Of a DNA stretch of 64,000 bases, positions 9,491 through 22,370 are shown one piece after another (within the stretch, counting starts at the first letter, position 1; each line of letters opens with the position of its first letter). Location: NCBI RefSeq assembly GCF_009914755.1, contig NC_060925.1. The stretch is one strand, 5' to 3'. A program made the translations under genes and the position numbers. The stretch is from the human T2T-CHM13v2.0 reference genome, Homo sapiens. The notes beneath the pieces are model-generated. The model did not search any database and had not been told where the DNA came from. It saw only the letters and a program-made list of their open reading frames with translations.

Positions 9491-12400
9491 TCTTCATATT
9501 ATGCTATACAGAATAATTCTCAGTAACTTCCTTGTGTTGTGTGTATTCAACTCACAGAGTTGTACGATCCTTTACACAGAGCAGACTTGAAACACTCTTT
9601 TTGTGGAATTTGCAAGTGGAGATTTCAGCCGCTTTGGGGCCAAAGGCAGAAAAGGAAATATCTTCGTATAAAAAGTAGACAGAATCATTCTCAGAAACTG
9701 CTGCGTGATGTGTGCGTTCAACTCTCAGAGTTTAACTTTTCTTTTCATTCAGCGGTTTGGAAACACTCTGTTTGTAAAGTCTGCACGTGGATATTTTGAC
9801 CACTTAGAGGCCTTCGTTGGAAACGGGTTTTTTTCATGTAAGGCTAGACAGAAGAATTCCCAGTAACTTCCTTGTGTTGTGTGCATTCAACTCACAGAGT
9901 TGAACGTTCCCTTAGACAGAGCAGATTTGAAACACTCTATTTGTGCAATTTGCAAGTGTAGATTTCACTCGCTTTAAGGTCAATGGCAGAAAAGGAAATA
10001 TCTTTGTTTCAAAACTAGACAGAATCATTCCCACAAACTACGTTGTGATGTGTTCGTTCAACTCACAGAGTTTAAACTTTCCGTTCATAGAGCAGTTAGG
10101 AAACACTCTGTTTGTAAAGTCTGTAAGTGGATATTCTGACATCTTGTGGCCTTCGCTGTAAACGGGATTTCTTCATATTCTGCTAGACAGAAGAATTCTC
10201 AGTAACTTCCTTGTGTTGTGTGTATTCAACTCACAGAGTTGAACGATCCTTTACACAGAGCAGACTTGAAACACTCTTTTTGTGGAATTTGCAAGTGGAG
10301 ATTTCAGCCGCTTTGAGGTCAATGGTAGAAAAGGAAATATCTTCGTATAAAGACTAGACAGAATGATTCTCAGAAACTCCTTTGTGATGTTTGCGTTCAA
10401 CTCACAGAGTTTAACTTTTCTTTTCATAGAGCAGTTAGGAAACACTCTGTTTGTAAAGTCTGCAAGTGGATATTCAGACCTCTTTGAGGCCTTCGTTGGA
10501 AACGGGATTTCTTCATATTATGCTAGACAGAATAATTCTCAGTAACTTCCTTGTGTTGTGTGTATTCAACTCACAGAGTTGAACGATCCTTTACAGAGAG
10601 CAGACTTGAAACACTCTTTTTGTGTAATTTGCAAGTGGAGATTTCAGCCGCTTTGAGGTCAATGGTAGAATAGGAAATATCTTCCTATAGAAACTAGACA
10701 GAATGATTCTCATAAACTCCTTTGTGATGTGTGCGTTCAACTCACAGAATTTAACCTTTCTTTTCACAGAGCAGTTAGGAAACACTCTGTTTGTAATGTC
10801 TGCAAGTGGATATTCAGACCTTCTTGAGGCCTTCGTTGGAAACGGGATTTCTTCATATTCTGCTAGACAGAAGAATTCTCAGTAACTTCCTTGTGTTGTG
10901 CGTATTCAACTCACAGAGTTGAATGATCCTTTACACAGACCAGACATGAAACTCTCTTTTTGTGGAATTTGCAAGTGGAGATTTCAGCCGCTTTGAGGTC
11001 AATGGTAGAAAAGGAAATATCTTCGTATAAAGACTAGACAGAATGATTCTCAGAAAATCCTTTGTGATGTGTGCGTTCAACTCACAGAGTTTAACTTTTC
11101 TTTTCATAGAGCAGTTAGGAAACACTCTGTTTGTAAAGTCTGCAAGTGGATATTCAGACCCCTTTGAGGCCTTCGTTGGAAACGGGATTTCTTCATATTA
11201 TGCTAGACAGAATAATTCTCAGTAACTTCCTTGTGTTGTGTGTATTCAACTCACAGAGTTGAATGATCCTTTATAGAGAGCAGAATTGAAACACTCTTTT
11301 TGTAGAATTTGGAAGTGGAGATTTCAGCCGCTTTGAGGTCAATGGTAGAATAGGAAATATCTTCCTATAGAAACTAGACAGAATGATTCTCATAAACTCC
11401 TTTGTGATGTGTGCGTTCAACTCACAGAATTTAACCTTTCTTTTCATAGCGCAGTTAGGAAACACTCTGTTTGTAAAGTCTGCAAGTGGATATTCAGACA
11501 TCTTTTAGGCCTTCGTTGGAAACGGGATTTCTTCATATTATGCTAGACAGAATAATTCTCAGTAACTTCCTTGTGTTGTGTGTATTCAACTCACAGAGTT
11601 GAACGATCCTTTACAGAGAGCAGACTTGAAACACTCTTTTTGTGGAATTTGCAAGTGGAGATTTCAGGCGCTTTGAGGTCAATGGTAGAATAGGAAATAT
11701 CTTCCTATAGAAACTAGACAGAATGATTCTCATAAACTCCTTTGTGATGTGTGCGTTCAACTCACAGAGTTTGACCTTTCTTTTCATAGAGCAGTTAGGA
11801 AACACTCTGTTTGTAAAGTCTGCAAGTGAATATTCACACCTCCTTGAGGCCTTCGTTGGAAACGGGATTTCTTCATATTCTGCTAGACAGAAGAATTCTC
11901 AGTAACTTCCTTGTGTTGTGTGTATTCAACTCACAGAGTTGAACGATCCTTTACACAGAGCAGACTTGAAACACTCTTTTTGTGGAATTGGCAAGTGGAG
12001 ATTTCAGCTACTTTGGGGTCAATGGTAGAAAAGGAAACTATCTTCGTATAAAGACTAGACAGAATGATTCTCAGAAAATCCTTTGTGATGTGTGCGTTCA
12101 ACTCACAGAGTTTAACTTTTCTTTTCATAGAGCAGTTAGGAAACACTCTGTTTGTAAAGTCTGCAAGTGGATATTCTGACCTCTTTGAGGCCTTCGTTGG
12201 AAACGGGATTTCTTCATATTCTGCTAGACAGAAGAATTCTCAGTAACTTCCTTGTGTTGTGTGTATTCAACTCACAGAGTTGAACGATCCTTTACAGGGA
12301 GCAGACTTGAAACACTCTTTTTGTGGAATTTGCAATTGGAGATTTCAGCCGCTTTGAGGTCAATGGTAGAATAGGAAATATCTTCCTATAGAAAATAGAC

Positions 12401-15400
12401 AGAATGATTCTCAGAAACTCCTTTGTGATGTGTGCGTTCAACTCACAGAGTTTAACCTTTCTTTTCATAGAGCAGTTAGGAAACACTCTGTTTGTAAAGT
12501 CTGCAAGTGGATATTCAGACCTCTTTGAGGCCTTCGTTGGAAACGGGATTTCTTCATATTCTGCTAGACAGAAGAATTCTCAGTATCTTCCTTGTGTTGT
12601 GTGTATTCAACTCACAGAGTTGAAAGATCCTTTACACAGAGCAGACTTGAAACACTCTTTTTGTGGAATTTGCAAGTGGAGATTTCAGCCGCTTTGAGGT
12701 CAATGGTAGAATAGGAAATATCTTCATATAGAAAATTGACAGAATGATTCTCAGAAACTCCTTTGTGATGTGTGCGTTCAACTCACAGAGTTTAACTTTT
12801 CTTTTCATAGAGCAGTTAGGAAACACTCTGTTTGTAAAGTCTGCAAGTGGATATTCTGACCTCTTTGAGGACTTCGTTGGAAACGGGATTTCTTCATATT
12901 ATGCTAGACAGAATAATTCTCAGTAACTTCCTTGTGTTGTGTGTATTCAACTCACAGAGTTGAACGATCCTTTACAGAGAGCAGACTTGAAACACTCTTT
13001 TTGTGGAATTTGCAAGTGGAGATTTCAGCCGCTTTGAAGTCAATGGTAGAATACGAAATATCTTCCTATAGAAACTAGACAGAATGATTCTCATAAACTC
13101 CTTTGTGATGTGTGCGTTCAACTCACAGAGTTTAACCTTTCTTTTCATAGAGCAGTTAGGAAACACTCCGTTTGTAATGTCAGCAAGTGGATATTCAGAC
13201 CTCCTTGAGGCCTTCGTTGGAAACGGGATTTCTTCATATTCTGCTAGACAGAAGAATTCTCAGTAACTTCCTTGTGTTGTGTGTATTCAACTCACAGAGT
13301 TGAATGATCCTTTACACAGAGCAGACTTGAAACACTCTTTTTTTGGAATTTGCAAGTGGAGATTTCAGCCGCTTTGAGGTCAATGGTAGAATAGGAAATA
13401 TCTTCCTATAGAAACTAGACAGAATGATTCTCATAAACTCCTTTGTGCTGTGTGCGTTCAACTCACAGAGTTTAACCTTTCTTTTCATAGAGCAGTTAGG
13501 AAACACTCTGTTTGTAAAGTCTGCGAGTGGATATTCAGACCTTTTTGAGGCCTTCGTTGGAAACGGTATTTCTTCATATTCTGCTTGACAGAAGAATTCT
13601 CAGTAACTTCCTTGTGTTGTGTGTATTCAACTGACTGAGTTGAACTTTCATTTAGAGAGAGCAGATTTGAAACACTGTTTTTGTGGAATTTGCAAGTGGA
13701 GATTTCAAGCGCTTTGGGGCCAAAGGCAGAAAAGGAAATATCTTCGTATAAAAAGTAGACAGAATCATTCTCAGAAACTGCTGCGTGATGTGTGCGTTCA
13801 ACTCTCAGAGTTTAACTTTTCTTTTCATTCAGCGGTTTGGAAACACTCTGTTTGTAAAGTCTGCACGTGGATATTTCGACCACTTAGAGGCCTTCGTTGG
13901 AAACGGGTTTTTTGCATGTAAGGCTAGACAGAAGAATTCCCAGTAACTTCCTTGTGTTGTGTGCATTCAACTCACAGAGTTGAACTTTCCCTTAGACAGA
14001 GCAGATTTGAAACACTCTATTTGTGCAATTTGCAAGTGTAGATTTCAAGCGCTTTAAGGTCAATGGCAGAAAAGGAAATATCTTCGTTTCAAAACTAGAC
14101 AGAATCATTCCCACAAACTGCGTTGTGATGTGTTCGTTCAACTCACAGAGTTTAACCTTTCTGTTCATAGAGCAGTTAGGAAACACTCTGTTTGTAAAGT
14201 CTGCAAGTGGATATTCTGACATCATGTGGCCTTCGTTGGAAAAGGGATTTCTTCATATTCTGCTAGACAGAAGAATTCTCAGTAACTTCCTTGTGTTGTG
14301 TGTATTCAACTCACAGAGTTGAACGACCCTTTACACAGAGCAGACTTGAAACACTCTTTTTGTGGAATTTGCAAGTGGAGATTTCAGCCGCTTTGAGGTC
14401 AATGGTAGAAAAGGAAATATCTTCGTATAAAGACTAGACAGAATGATTCTCAGAAACTCCTTTGTGATGTGTGCGTTCAACTCACAGAGTTTAACTTTTC
14501 TTTTCATAGAGCAGTTAGGAAACACTCTGTTTGTAAAGTCTGCAAGTGGATATTCAGACCCCTTTGAGGCCTTCGTTGGAAACGGGATTTCTTCATATTC
14601 TGCTAGACAGAAGAATTCTCAGTAACTTCCTTGTGTTGTGTGTATTCAACTCACAGAGTTGAACGATCCTTTACACAGAGCAGACTTGAAACACTCTTTT
14701 TGTGGAATTTGCAAGTGGAGATTTCAGCCGCTTTGAGGTCAATGGTAGAAAAGGAAATATCTTCGTATAAAGACTAGACAGAATGATTCTCAGAAAATCC
14801 TTTGTGATGTGTGCGTTCAACTCACAGAGTTTAACCTTTCTTTTCATAGAGCAGTTAGGAAACACTCTGTTTGTAAAGTCTGCAAGTGGATATTCAGACC
14901 TCTTTGAGGCCTTCGTTGGAAACGGGATTTCTTATATTCTGCTAGACAGAAGAATTCTCAGTAACTTCCTTGTGTTGTGTGTATTCAACTCACAGAGTTG
15001 AACGATCCTTTACACAGAGCAGACTTGAAACACTCTTTTTGTGGAATTTGCAAGTGGAGATTTCAGCCGCTTTGAGGTCAATAGTAGAAAAGGAAATATC
15101 TTCGTAGAAAAACTAGACAGAATGATTCTCAGAAACTCCTTTGTGATGTGTGTGTTCAACTCACAGAGTTTAACCTTTCTTTTCATAGAGCAGTTAGTAA
15201 ACACTCTGTTTATAAAGTCTGCAAGTGGATATTCAGACCCCTTTGAGGCCTTCGTTGGAAACGGGATTTCTTCATATTATGCTAGACAGGATAATTCTCT
15301 GTAACTTCCTTGTGTTGTGTGTATTCAACTGACAGAGTTGAACTTTCATTTAGAGAGAGCAGATTTGAAACACTGTTTTTGTGGAATTTGCAAGTGGAGA

Positions 15401-18340
15401 TTTCAAGCGCTTTGGGGCCAAAGGCAGAAAAGGAAATATCTTCGTATAAAAACTAGACAGAATCATTCTCAGAAACTGCTGCGTGATGTGTGCGTTCAAC
15501 TCTCAGAGTTTAACTTTTCTTTTCATTCAGCGGTTTGGAAACACTCTGTTTGTAAAGTCTGCACGTGGATATTTTGACCACTTAGAGGCCTTCGTTGGAA
15601 ACGGGTTTTTTTCATGTAAGGCTAGACAGAAGAATTCCCAGTAACTTCCTTGTGTTGTGTGCATTCAACTCACAGAGTTGAAAGTTCCCTTAGACAGAGC
15701 AGATTTGAAACACTCTTTTTGTGCAATTTGCAAGTGTAGATTTCAAGCGCTTTAAGGTCAATGGCAGAAAAGGAAATATCTTCGTTTCAAAACTAGACAG
15801 AATCATTCCCACAAACTGCGTTGTGATGTGTTCGTTCAACTCACAGAGTTTAAGCTTTCTGTTCATAGAGCAGTTAGGAAACACTCTGTTTGTAAAGTCT
15901 GTAAGTGGATATTATGACATCTTGTGGCCTTCGTTGGAAACGGGATTTCTTCATATTCTGCTAGACAGAAGAATTCTCAGTAACTTCCTTGTGTTGTGTG
16001 TATTCAACTCACAGAGTTGAACGATCCTTTACACATAGCAGACTTGAAACACTCTTTTTGTGGAATTTGCAAGTGGAGATTTCAGCCGCTTTGAAGTCAA
16101 TGGTAGAAAAGGAAACTATCTTCGTATAAAGACTAGACAGAATGATTCTCAGAAACTCCTTTGTGGTGTGTGCGTTCAACTCACAGAGTTTAACCTTTCT
16201 TTTCATAGAGCAGTTAGGAAACACTCTGTTTGTAAAGTCTGCAAGTGGATATTCAGACCTCCTTGAGGCCTTCGTTGGAAACGGGATTTCTTCATATTCT
16301 GCTAGACAGAAGAATTCTCAGTAACTTCCTTGTGTTGTGTGTATTCAACTCACAGAGTTGAACTATCCTTTATACAGAGCAGACTTGAAACACTCTTTTT
16401 GTGGAATTTGCAAGTGGAGATTTCTGCCGCTTTGAGGTCAATGGTAGAAAAGGAAACTATCTTCGTATAAAGACTAGACAGAATGATTCTCAGAAAATCC
16501 TTTGTGATGTGTGCGTTCAACTCACAGAGTTTAACTTTTCTTTTCATAGAGCAGTTTGGAAACACTCTGTTTGTAAAGTCTGCAAGTGGATATTCAGACC
16601 TCTTTGAGGCCTTCGTTGGAAACGGGATTTCTTCATATTATGCTAGACAGAATAATTCTCAGTAACTTCCTTGTGTTGTGTGTATTCAACTCACAGAGCT
16701 GAACGATCCTTTACAGAGAGCAGACTTGAAACACTCTTTTTGTGGAATTTGCAAGTGGAGATTTCAGCCGCTTTTAGGTCAATGGTAGAATAGGAAATAT
16801 CTTCCTATAGAAATTAGACAGAATGATTCTCATAAACTCCTTTGTGATGTGTGCGTTCAACTCCCAGAGTTTAACCTATCTTTTCATAGAGCAGTTAGGA
16901 AACACTCTGTTTGTAAAGTCTGCAAGTGGATATTCAGACCTCCTTGAGGCCTTCGTTGGAAACGGGATTTCTTCATATTCTGCTAGACAGAAGAATTCTC
17001 AGTAACTTCCTTGTGTTGTGTGTATTCAACTCACAGAGTTGAACGATCCTTTACACAGAGCAGACTTGTAACACTCTTTTTGTGGAATTTGCAAGTGGAG
17101 ATTTCAGCCGCTTTGAGGTCAATGGTAGAATAGGAAATATTTTCCTATAGAAACTAGACAGAATGATTCTCAGAAACTCCTTTGTGATGTGTGCGTTGAA
17201 CTCACAGAGTTTAACCTTTCTTTTCATAGAGCAGTTAGGAAACACTCTGTTTGTAAAGTCTGCAAGTGGATGTTCAGACCTCTTTGAGGCCTTCGTTGGA
17301 AACGGGATTTCTTCATATTCTGCTATACAGAAGAATTCTCAGTAACTTCCTTGTGTTGTGTGTATTCAACTCACAGAGTTGAACGATCCTTTATACAGAG
17401 CAGACTTGAAACACTCTTTTTGTGGAATTTGCAAGTGGAGATTTCAGCCGCTTTGAGGTCAATGGTAGAAAAGGAAACTATCTTCGTATAAAGACTAGAC
17501 AGAATGATTCTCAGAAAATCCTTTGTGATGTGTGCGTTCAACTCACAGAGTTTAACCTTTCTTTTCATAGAGCAGTTAGGAAACACTCTGTTTGTAAAGT
17601 CTGCAAGTGGATATTCAGACCTCCTTGAGGCCTTCGTTGGAAACGGGATTTCTTCATATTATGCCAGACAGAATAATTCTCAGTAACTTCCTTGTGTTGT
17701 GTGTATTCAACTCACAGAGTTGAACGATCCTTTACAGAGAGCAGACTTGAAACACTTTTTGTGGAATTTGCAAGTGGAGATTTCAGCCGCTTTGAGGTCA
17801 ATGGTAGAATAGGAAATATCTTCCTATAGAAACTAGACAGAATGATTCTCAGAAACTCCTTTGTGATGTGTGCGTTCAACTCACAGAGTTTAACCTTTCT
17901 TTTCATAGAGCAGTTAGGAAACACTCTGTTTGTAAAGTCTGCAAGTGGATATTCAGACCTCTTTGAGGCCTTCGTTGGAAACGGGATTTCTTCATATTCT
18001 GCTAGACAGAAGAATTCTCAGTAACTTCCTTGTGTTGTGTGTATTCAACTCACAGAGTTGAACGATCCTTTACACAGAGCAGACTTGAAACACTCTTTTT
18101 GTGGAATTTGCAAGTGGAGATTTCAGCCGCTTTGAGGTCAATGGTAGAAAAGGAAATTATCTTCGTATAAAGACTAGACAGAATGATTCTCAGAAAATCC
18201 TTTGTGATGTGTGTGTTCAACTCACAGAGTTTAACCTTTCTTTTCATAGAGCAGTTAGTAAACACTCTGTTTATAAAGTCTGCAAGTGGATATTCAGACC
18301 CCTTTGAGGCCTTCGTTGGAAACGGGATTTCTTCATATTA

Positions 18341-21300
18341 TGCTAGACAGAAGAATTCTCAGTAACTTCCTTGTGTTGTGTGTATTCAACTGACAGAGTT
18401 GAACTTTCATTTAGAGAGAGCAGATTTGAAACACTGTTTTTGTGGAATTTGCAAGTGGAGATTTCAAGCGCTTTGGGGCCAAAGGCAGAAAAGGAAATAT
18501 CTTCGTATAAAAACTAGACAGAATCATTCTCAGAAACTGCTGCGTGATGTGTGCGTTCAACTCTCAGAGTTTAACTTTTCTTTTCATTCAGCGGTTTGGA
18601 AACACTCTGTTTGTAAAGTCTGCACGTGGATATTTTGACCACTTAGAGGCCTTCGTTGGAAACGGGTTTTTTGCATGTAAGGCTAGACAGAAGAATTCCC
18701 AGTAACTTCCTTGTGTTGTGTGCATTCAACTCACAGAGTTGAACGTTCCCTTAGACAGAGCAGATTTGAAACACTCTATTTGTGCAATTTGCAAGTGTAG
18801 ATTTCAAGCGCTTTAAGGTCAATGGCAGAAAAGGATATATCTTCGTTTCAAAACTAGACAGAATCATTCCCACAAACTGCGTTGTGATGTGTTCGTTCAA
18901 CTCACAGAGTTTAACCTTTCTGTTCATAGAGCAGTTAGGAAACACTCTGTTTGTAAAGTCTGTAAGTGGATATTCTGACATCTTGTGGCCTTCGTTGGAA
19001 ACGGGATTTCTTCATATTCTGCTAGACAGAAGAATTCTCAGTAACTTCCTCGTGTTGTGTGTATTCAACTCACAGAGTTGAACGATCCTTTACACAGAGC
19101 AGACTTGAAACACTCTTTTTGTGGAATTTGCAAGTGGAGATTTCAGCCGCTTTGAGGTCAATGGTAGAAAAGGAAATATCTTCGTATAAAGACTAGACAG
19201 AATGATTCTCAGAAACTCCTTTGTGATGTGTGCGTTCAACTCACAGAGTTTAACCTTTCTTTTCATAGAGCAGTTAGGAAACACTCTGTTTGTAAAGTCT
19301 GCAAGTGGATATTCAGACCTCCTTGAGGCCTTCTTTGGAAACGGGATTTCTTCATATTCTGCTAGGCAGAAGAATTCTCAGTAATTTCCTTGTGTTGTGT
19401 GTATTCAACTCACAGAGTTGAACGATCCTTTACACAGAGCAGACTTGAAACACTCTTTTTGTGGAATTTGTAAGTGGAGATTTCAGCCGCTTTGAGGTCA
19501 ATGGTAGAAAAGGAAATATCTTCGTAAAAGACTAGACAGAATGATTCTCAGAAACTCCTTTGTGATGTGTGCGTTCAACTCACAGAGTTTAACTTTTCTT
19601 TTCATAGAGCAGTTAGGAAACACTCTGGAAACGGGATTTCTTCATATTATGCTAGACAGAAGAATTCTCAGTAACTTCCTTGTGTTGTGTGTATTCAACT
19701 CACAGAGTTGAACGATCCTTTACACAGAGCAGACTTGAAACACTCTTTTTGTGGAATTTGCAAGTGGAGATTTCAGCCGCTTTGAGGTCAATTGTAGAAA
19801 AGGAAACTATCTTCGTATAAAGACTAGACAGAATGATTCTCAGAAAATCCTTTGTGATGTGTGCGTTCAACTCACAGAGTTTAACTTTTCTTTTCATATA
19901 GCAGTTAGGAAACACTTTGTTTGTAAAGTCTGCAAGTGGATATTCAGACTTCTTTGAGGCATTCGTTGGAAACGGGATTTCTTCATATTATGCTAGAGAG
20001 AATAATTCTCAGTAACTTCCTTGTGTTGTGTGTATTCAACTCACAGAGTTGAAGGATCCTTTACAGAGAGCAGACTTGAAACACACTTTTTGTGGAATTT
20101 GCAAGTAGAGATTTCAGCCGCTTTGAGGTCAATGGTAGAATAGGAAATATCTTCCTATAGAAACTAGACAGAATGATTCTCAGAAACTCCTTTGTGATGT
20201 GTGCGTTCAACTCACAGAGTTTAACGTTTCTTTTCATAGAGCAGTTAGGAAACACTCTGTTTGTAAAGTCTGCAAGTGGATATTCAGACTTCTTTGAGGC
20301 CTTCGTTGGAAACGGGATTTCTTCATATTCTGCTAGACAGAAGAATTCTCAGTAACTTCCTTGTGTTGTGTGTATTCAACTGACAGAGTTGAACTTTCAT
20401 TTAGAGAGAGCAGATTTGAAACACTGTTTTTGTGGAATTTGCAAGTGGAGATTTCAAGCGCTTTGGGGCCAAAGGCAGAAAAGGAAATATCTTCGTATAA
20501 AAACTAGACAGAATCATTCTCAGAAACTGCTGCGTGATGTGTGCGTTCAACTCTCAGAGTTTAACTTTTCTTTTCATTCAGCGGTTTGGAAACACTCTGT
20601 TTGTAAAGTCTGCACGTGGATATTTTGACCACTTAGAGGCCTTCGTTGGAAACGGGTTTTTTGCATGTAAGGCTAGACAGAAGAATTCCCAGTAACTTCC
20701 TTGTGTTGTGTGCATTCAACTCACAGAGTTGAACGTTCCCTTAGACAGAGCAGATTTGAAACACTCTATTTGTGCAATTTGCAAGTGTAGATTTCAAGCG
20801 CTTTAAGGTCAATGGCAGAAAAGGATATATCTTCGTTTCAAAACTAGACAGAATCATTCCCACAAACTGCGTTGTGATGTGTTCGTTCAACTCACAGAGT
20901 TTAACCTTTCTGTTCATAGAGCAGTTAGGAAACACTCTGTTTGTAAAGTCTGTAAGTGGATATTCTGACATCTTGTGGCCTTCGTTGGAAACGGGATTTC
21001 TTCATATTCTGCTAGACAGAAGAATTCTCAGTAACTTCCTCGTGTTGTGTGTATTCAACTCACAGAGTTGAACGATCCTTTACACAGAGCAGACTTGAAA
21101 CACTCTTTTTGTGGAATTTGCAAGTGGAGATTTCAGCCGCCTTGAGGTCAATGGTAGAAAAGGAAATATCTTCGTATAAAGACTAGACAGAATGATTCTC
21201 AGAAACTCCTTTGTGATGTGTGCGTTCAACTCACAGAGTTTAACCTTTCTTTTCATAGAGCAGTTAGGAAACACTCTGTTTGTAAAGTCTGCAAGTGGAT

Positions 21301-22370
21301 ATTCAGACCTCCTTGAGGCCTTCTTTGGAAACGGGATTTCTTCATATTCTGCTAGGCAGAAGAATTCTCAGTAATTTCCTTGTGTTGTGTGTATTCAACT
21401 CACAGAGTTGAACGATCCTTTACACAGAGCAGACTTGAAACACTCTTTTTGTGGAATTTGCAAGTGGAGATTTCAGCCGCTTTGAGGTCAATGGTAGAAA
21501 AGGAAATATCTTCGTAAAAGACTAGACAGAATGATTCTCAGAAACTCCTTTGTGATGTGTGCGTTCAACTCACAGAGTTTAACTTTTCTTTTCATAGAGC
21601 AGTTAGGAAACACTCTGGAAACGGGATTTCTTCATATTATGCTAGACAGAAGAATTCTCAGTAACTTCCTTGTGTTGTGTGTATTCAACTCACAGAGTTG
21701 AACGATCCTTTACACAGAGCAGACTTGAAACACTCTTTTTGTGGAATTTGCAAGTGGAGATTTCAGCCGCTTTGAGGTCAATTGTAGAAAAGGAAACTAT
21801 CTTCGTATAAAGACTAGACAGAATGATTCTCAGAAAATCCTTTGTGATGTGTGCGTTCAACTCACAGAGTTTAACTTTTCTTTTCATATAGCAGTTAGGA
21901 AACACTTTGTTTGTAAAGTCTGCAAGTGGATATTCAGACTTCTTTGAGGCATTCGTTGGAAACGGGATTTCTTCATATTATGCTAGAGAGAATAATTCTC
22001 AGTAACTTCCTTGTGTTGTGTGTATTCAACTCACAGAGTTGAACGATCCTTTACAGAGAGCAGACTTGAAACACACTTTTTGTGGAATTTGCAAGTAGAG
22101 ATTTCAGCCGCTTTGAGGTCATTGGTAGAATAGGAAATATCTTCCTATAGAAACTAGACAGAATGATTCTCAGAAACTCCTTTGTGATGTGTGCGTTCAA
22201 CTCACAGAGTTTAACGTTTCTTTTCATAGAGCAGTTAGGAAACACTCTGTTTGTAAAGTCTGCAAGTGGATATTCAGACTTCTTTGAGGCCTTCGTTGGA
22301 AACGGGATTTCTTCATATTCTGCTAGACAGAAGAATTCTCAGTAACTTCCTTGTGTTGTGTGTATTCAAC
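18341..22370 (+). repeat. Tandem duplication, period 1990 bp (6 dimers including the 49-bp deletion)
   Basis: ORF pairs 18378/20368, 18751/20741, 19090/21080, 19700/21690, 20061/22051. Shared rare variants: AAGGATATAT in Y, GCTAGGCAG, GGCATTCG, ACACACTTTT, TTAACGTTTC. Confidence 0.93.
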
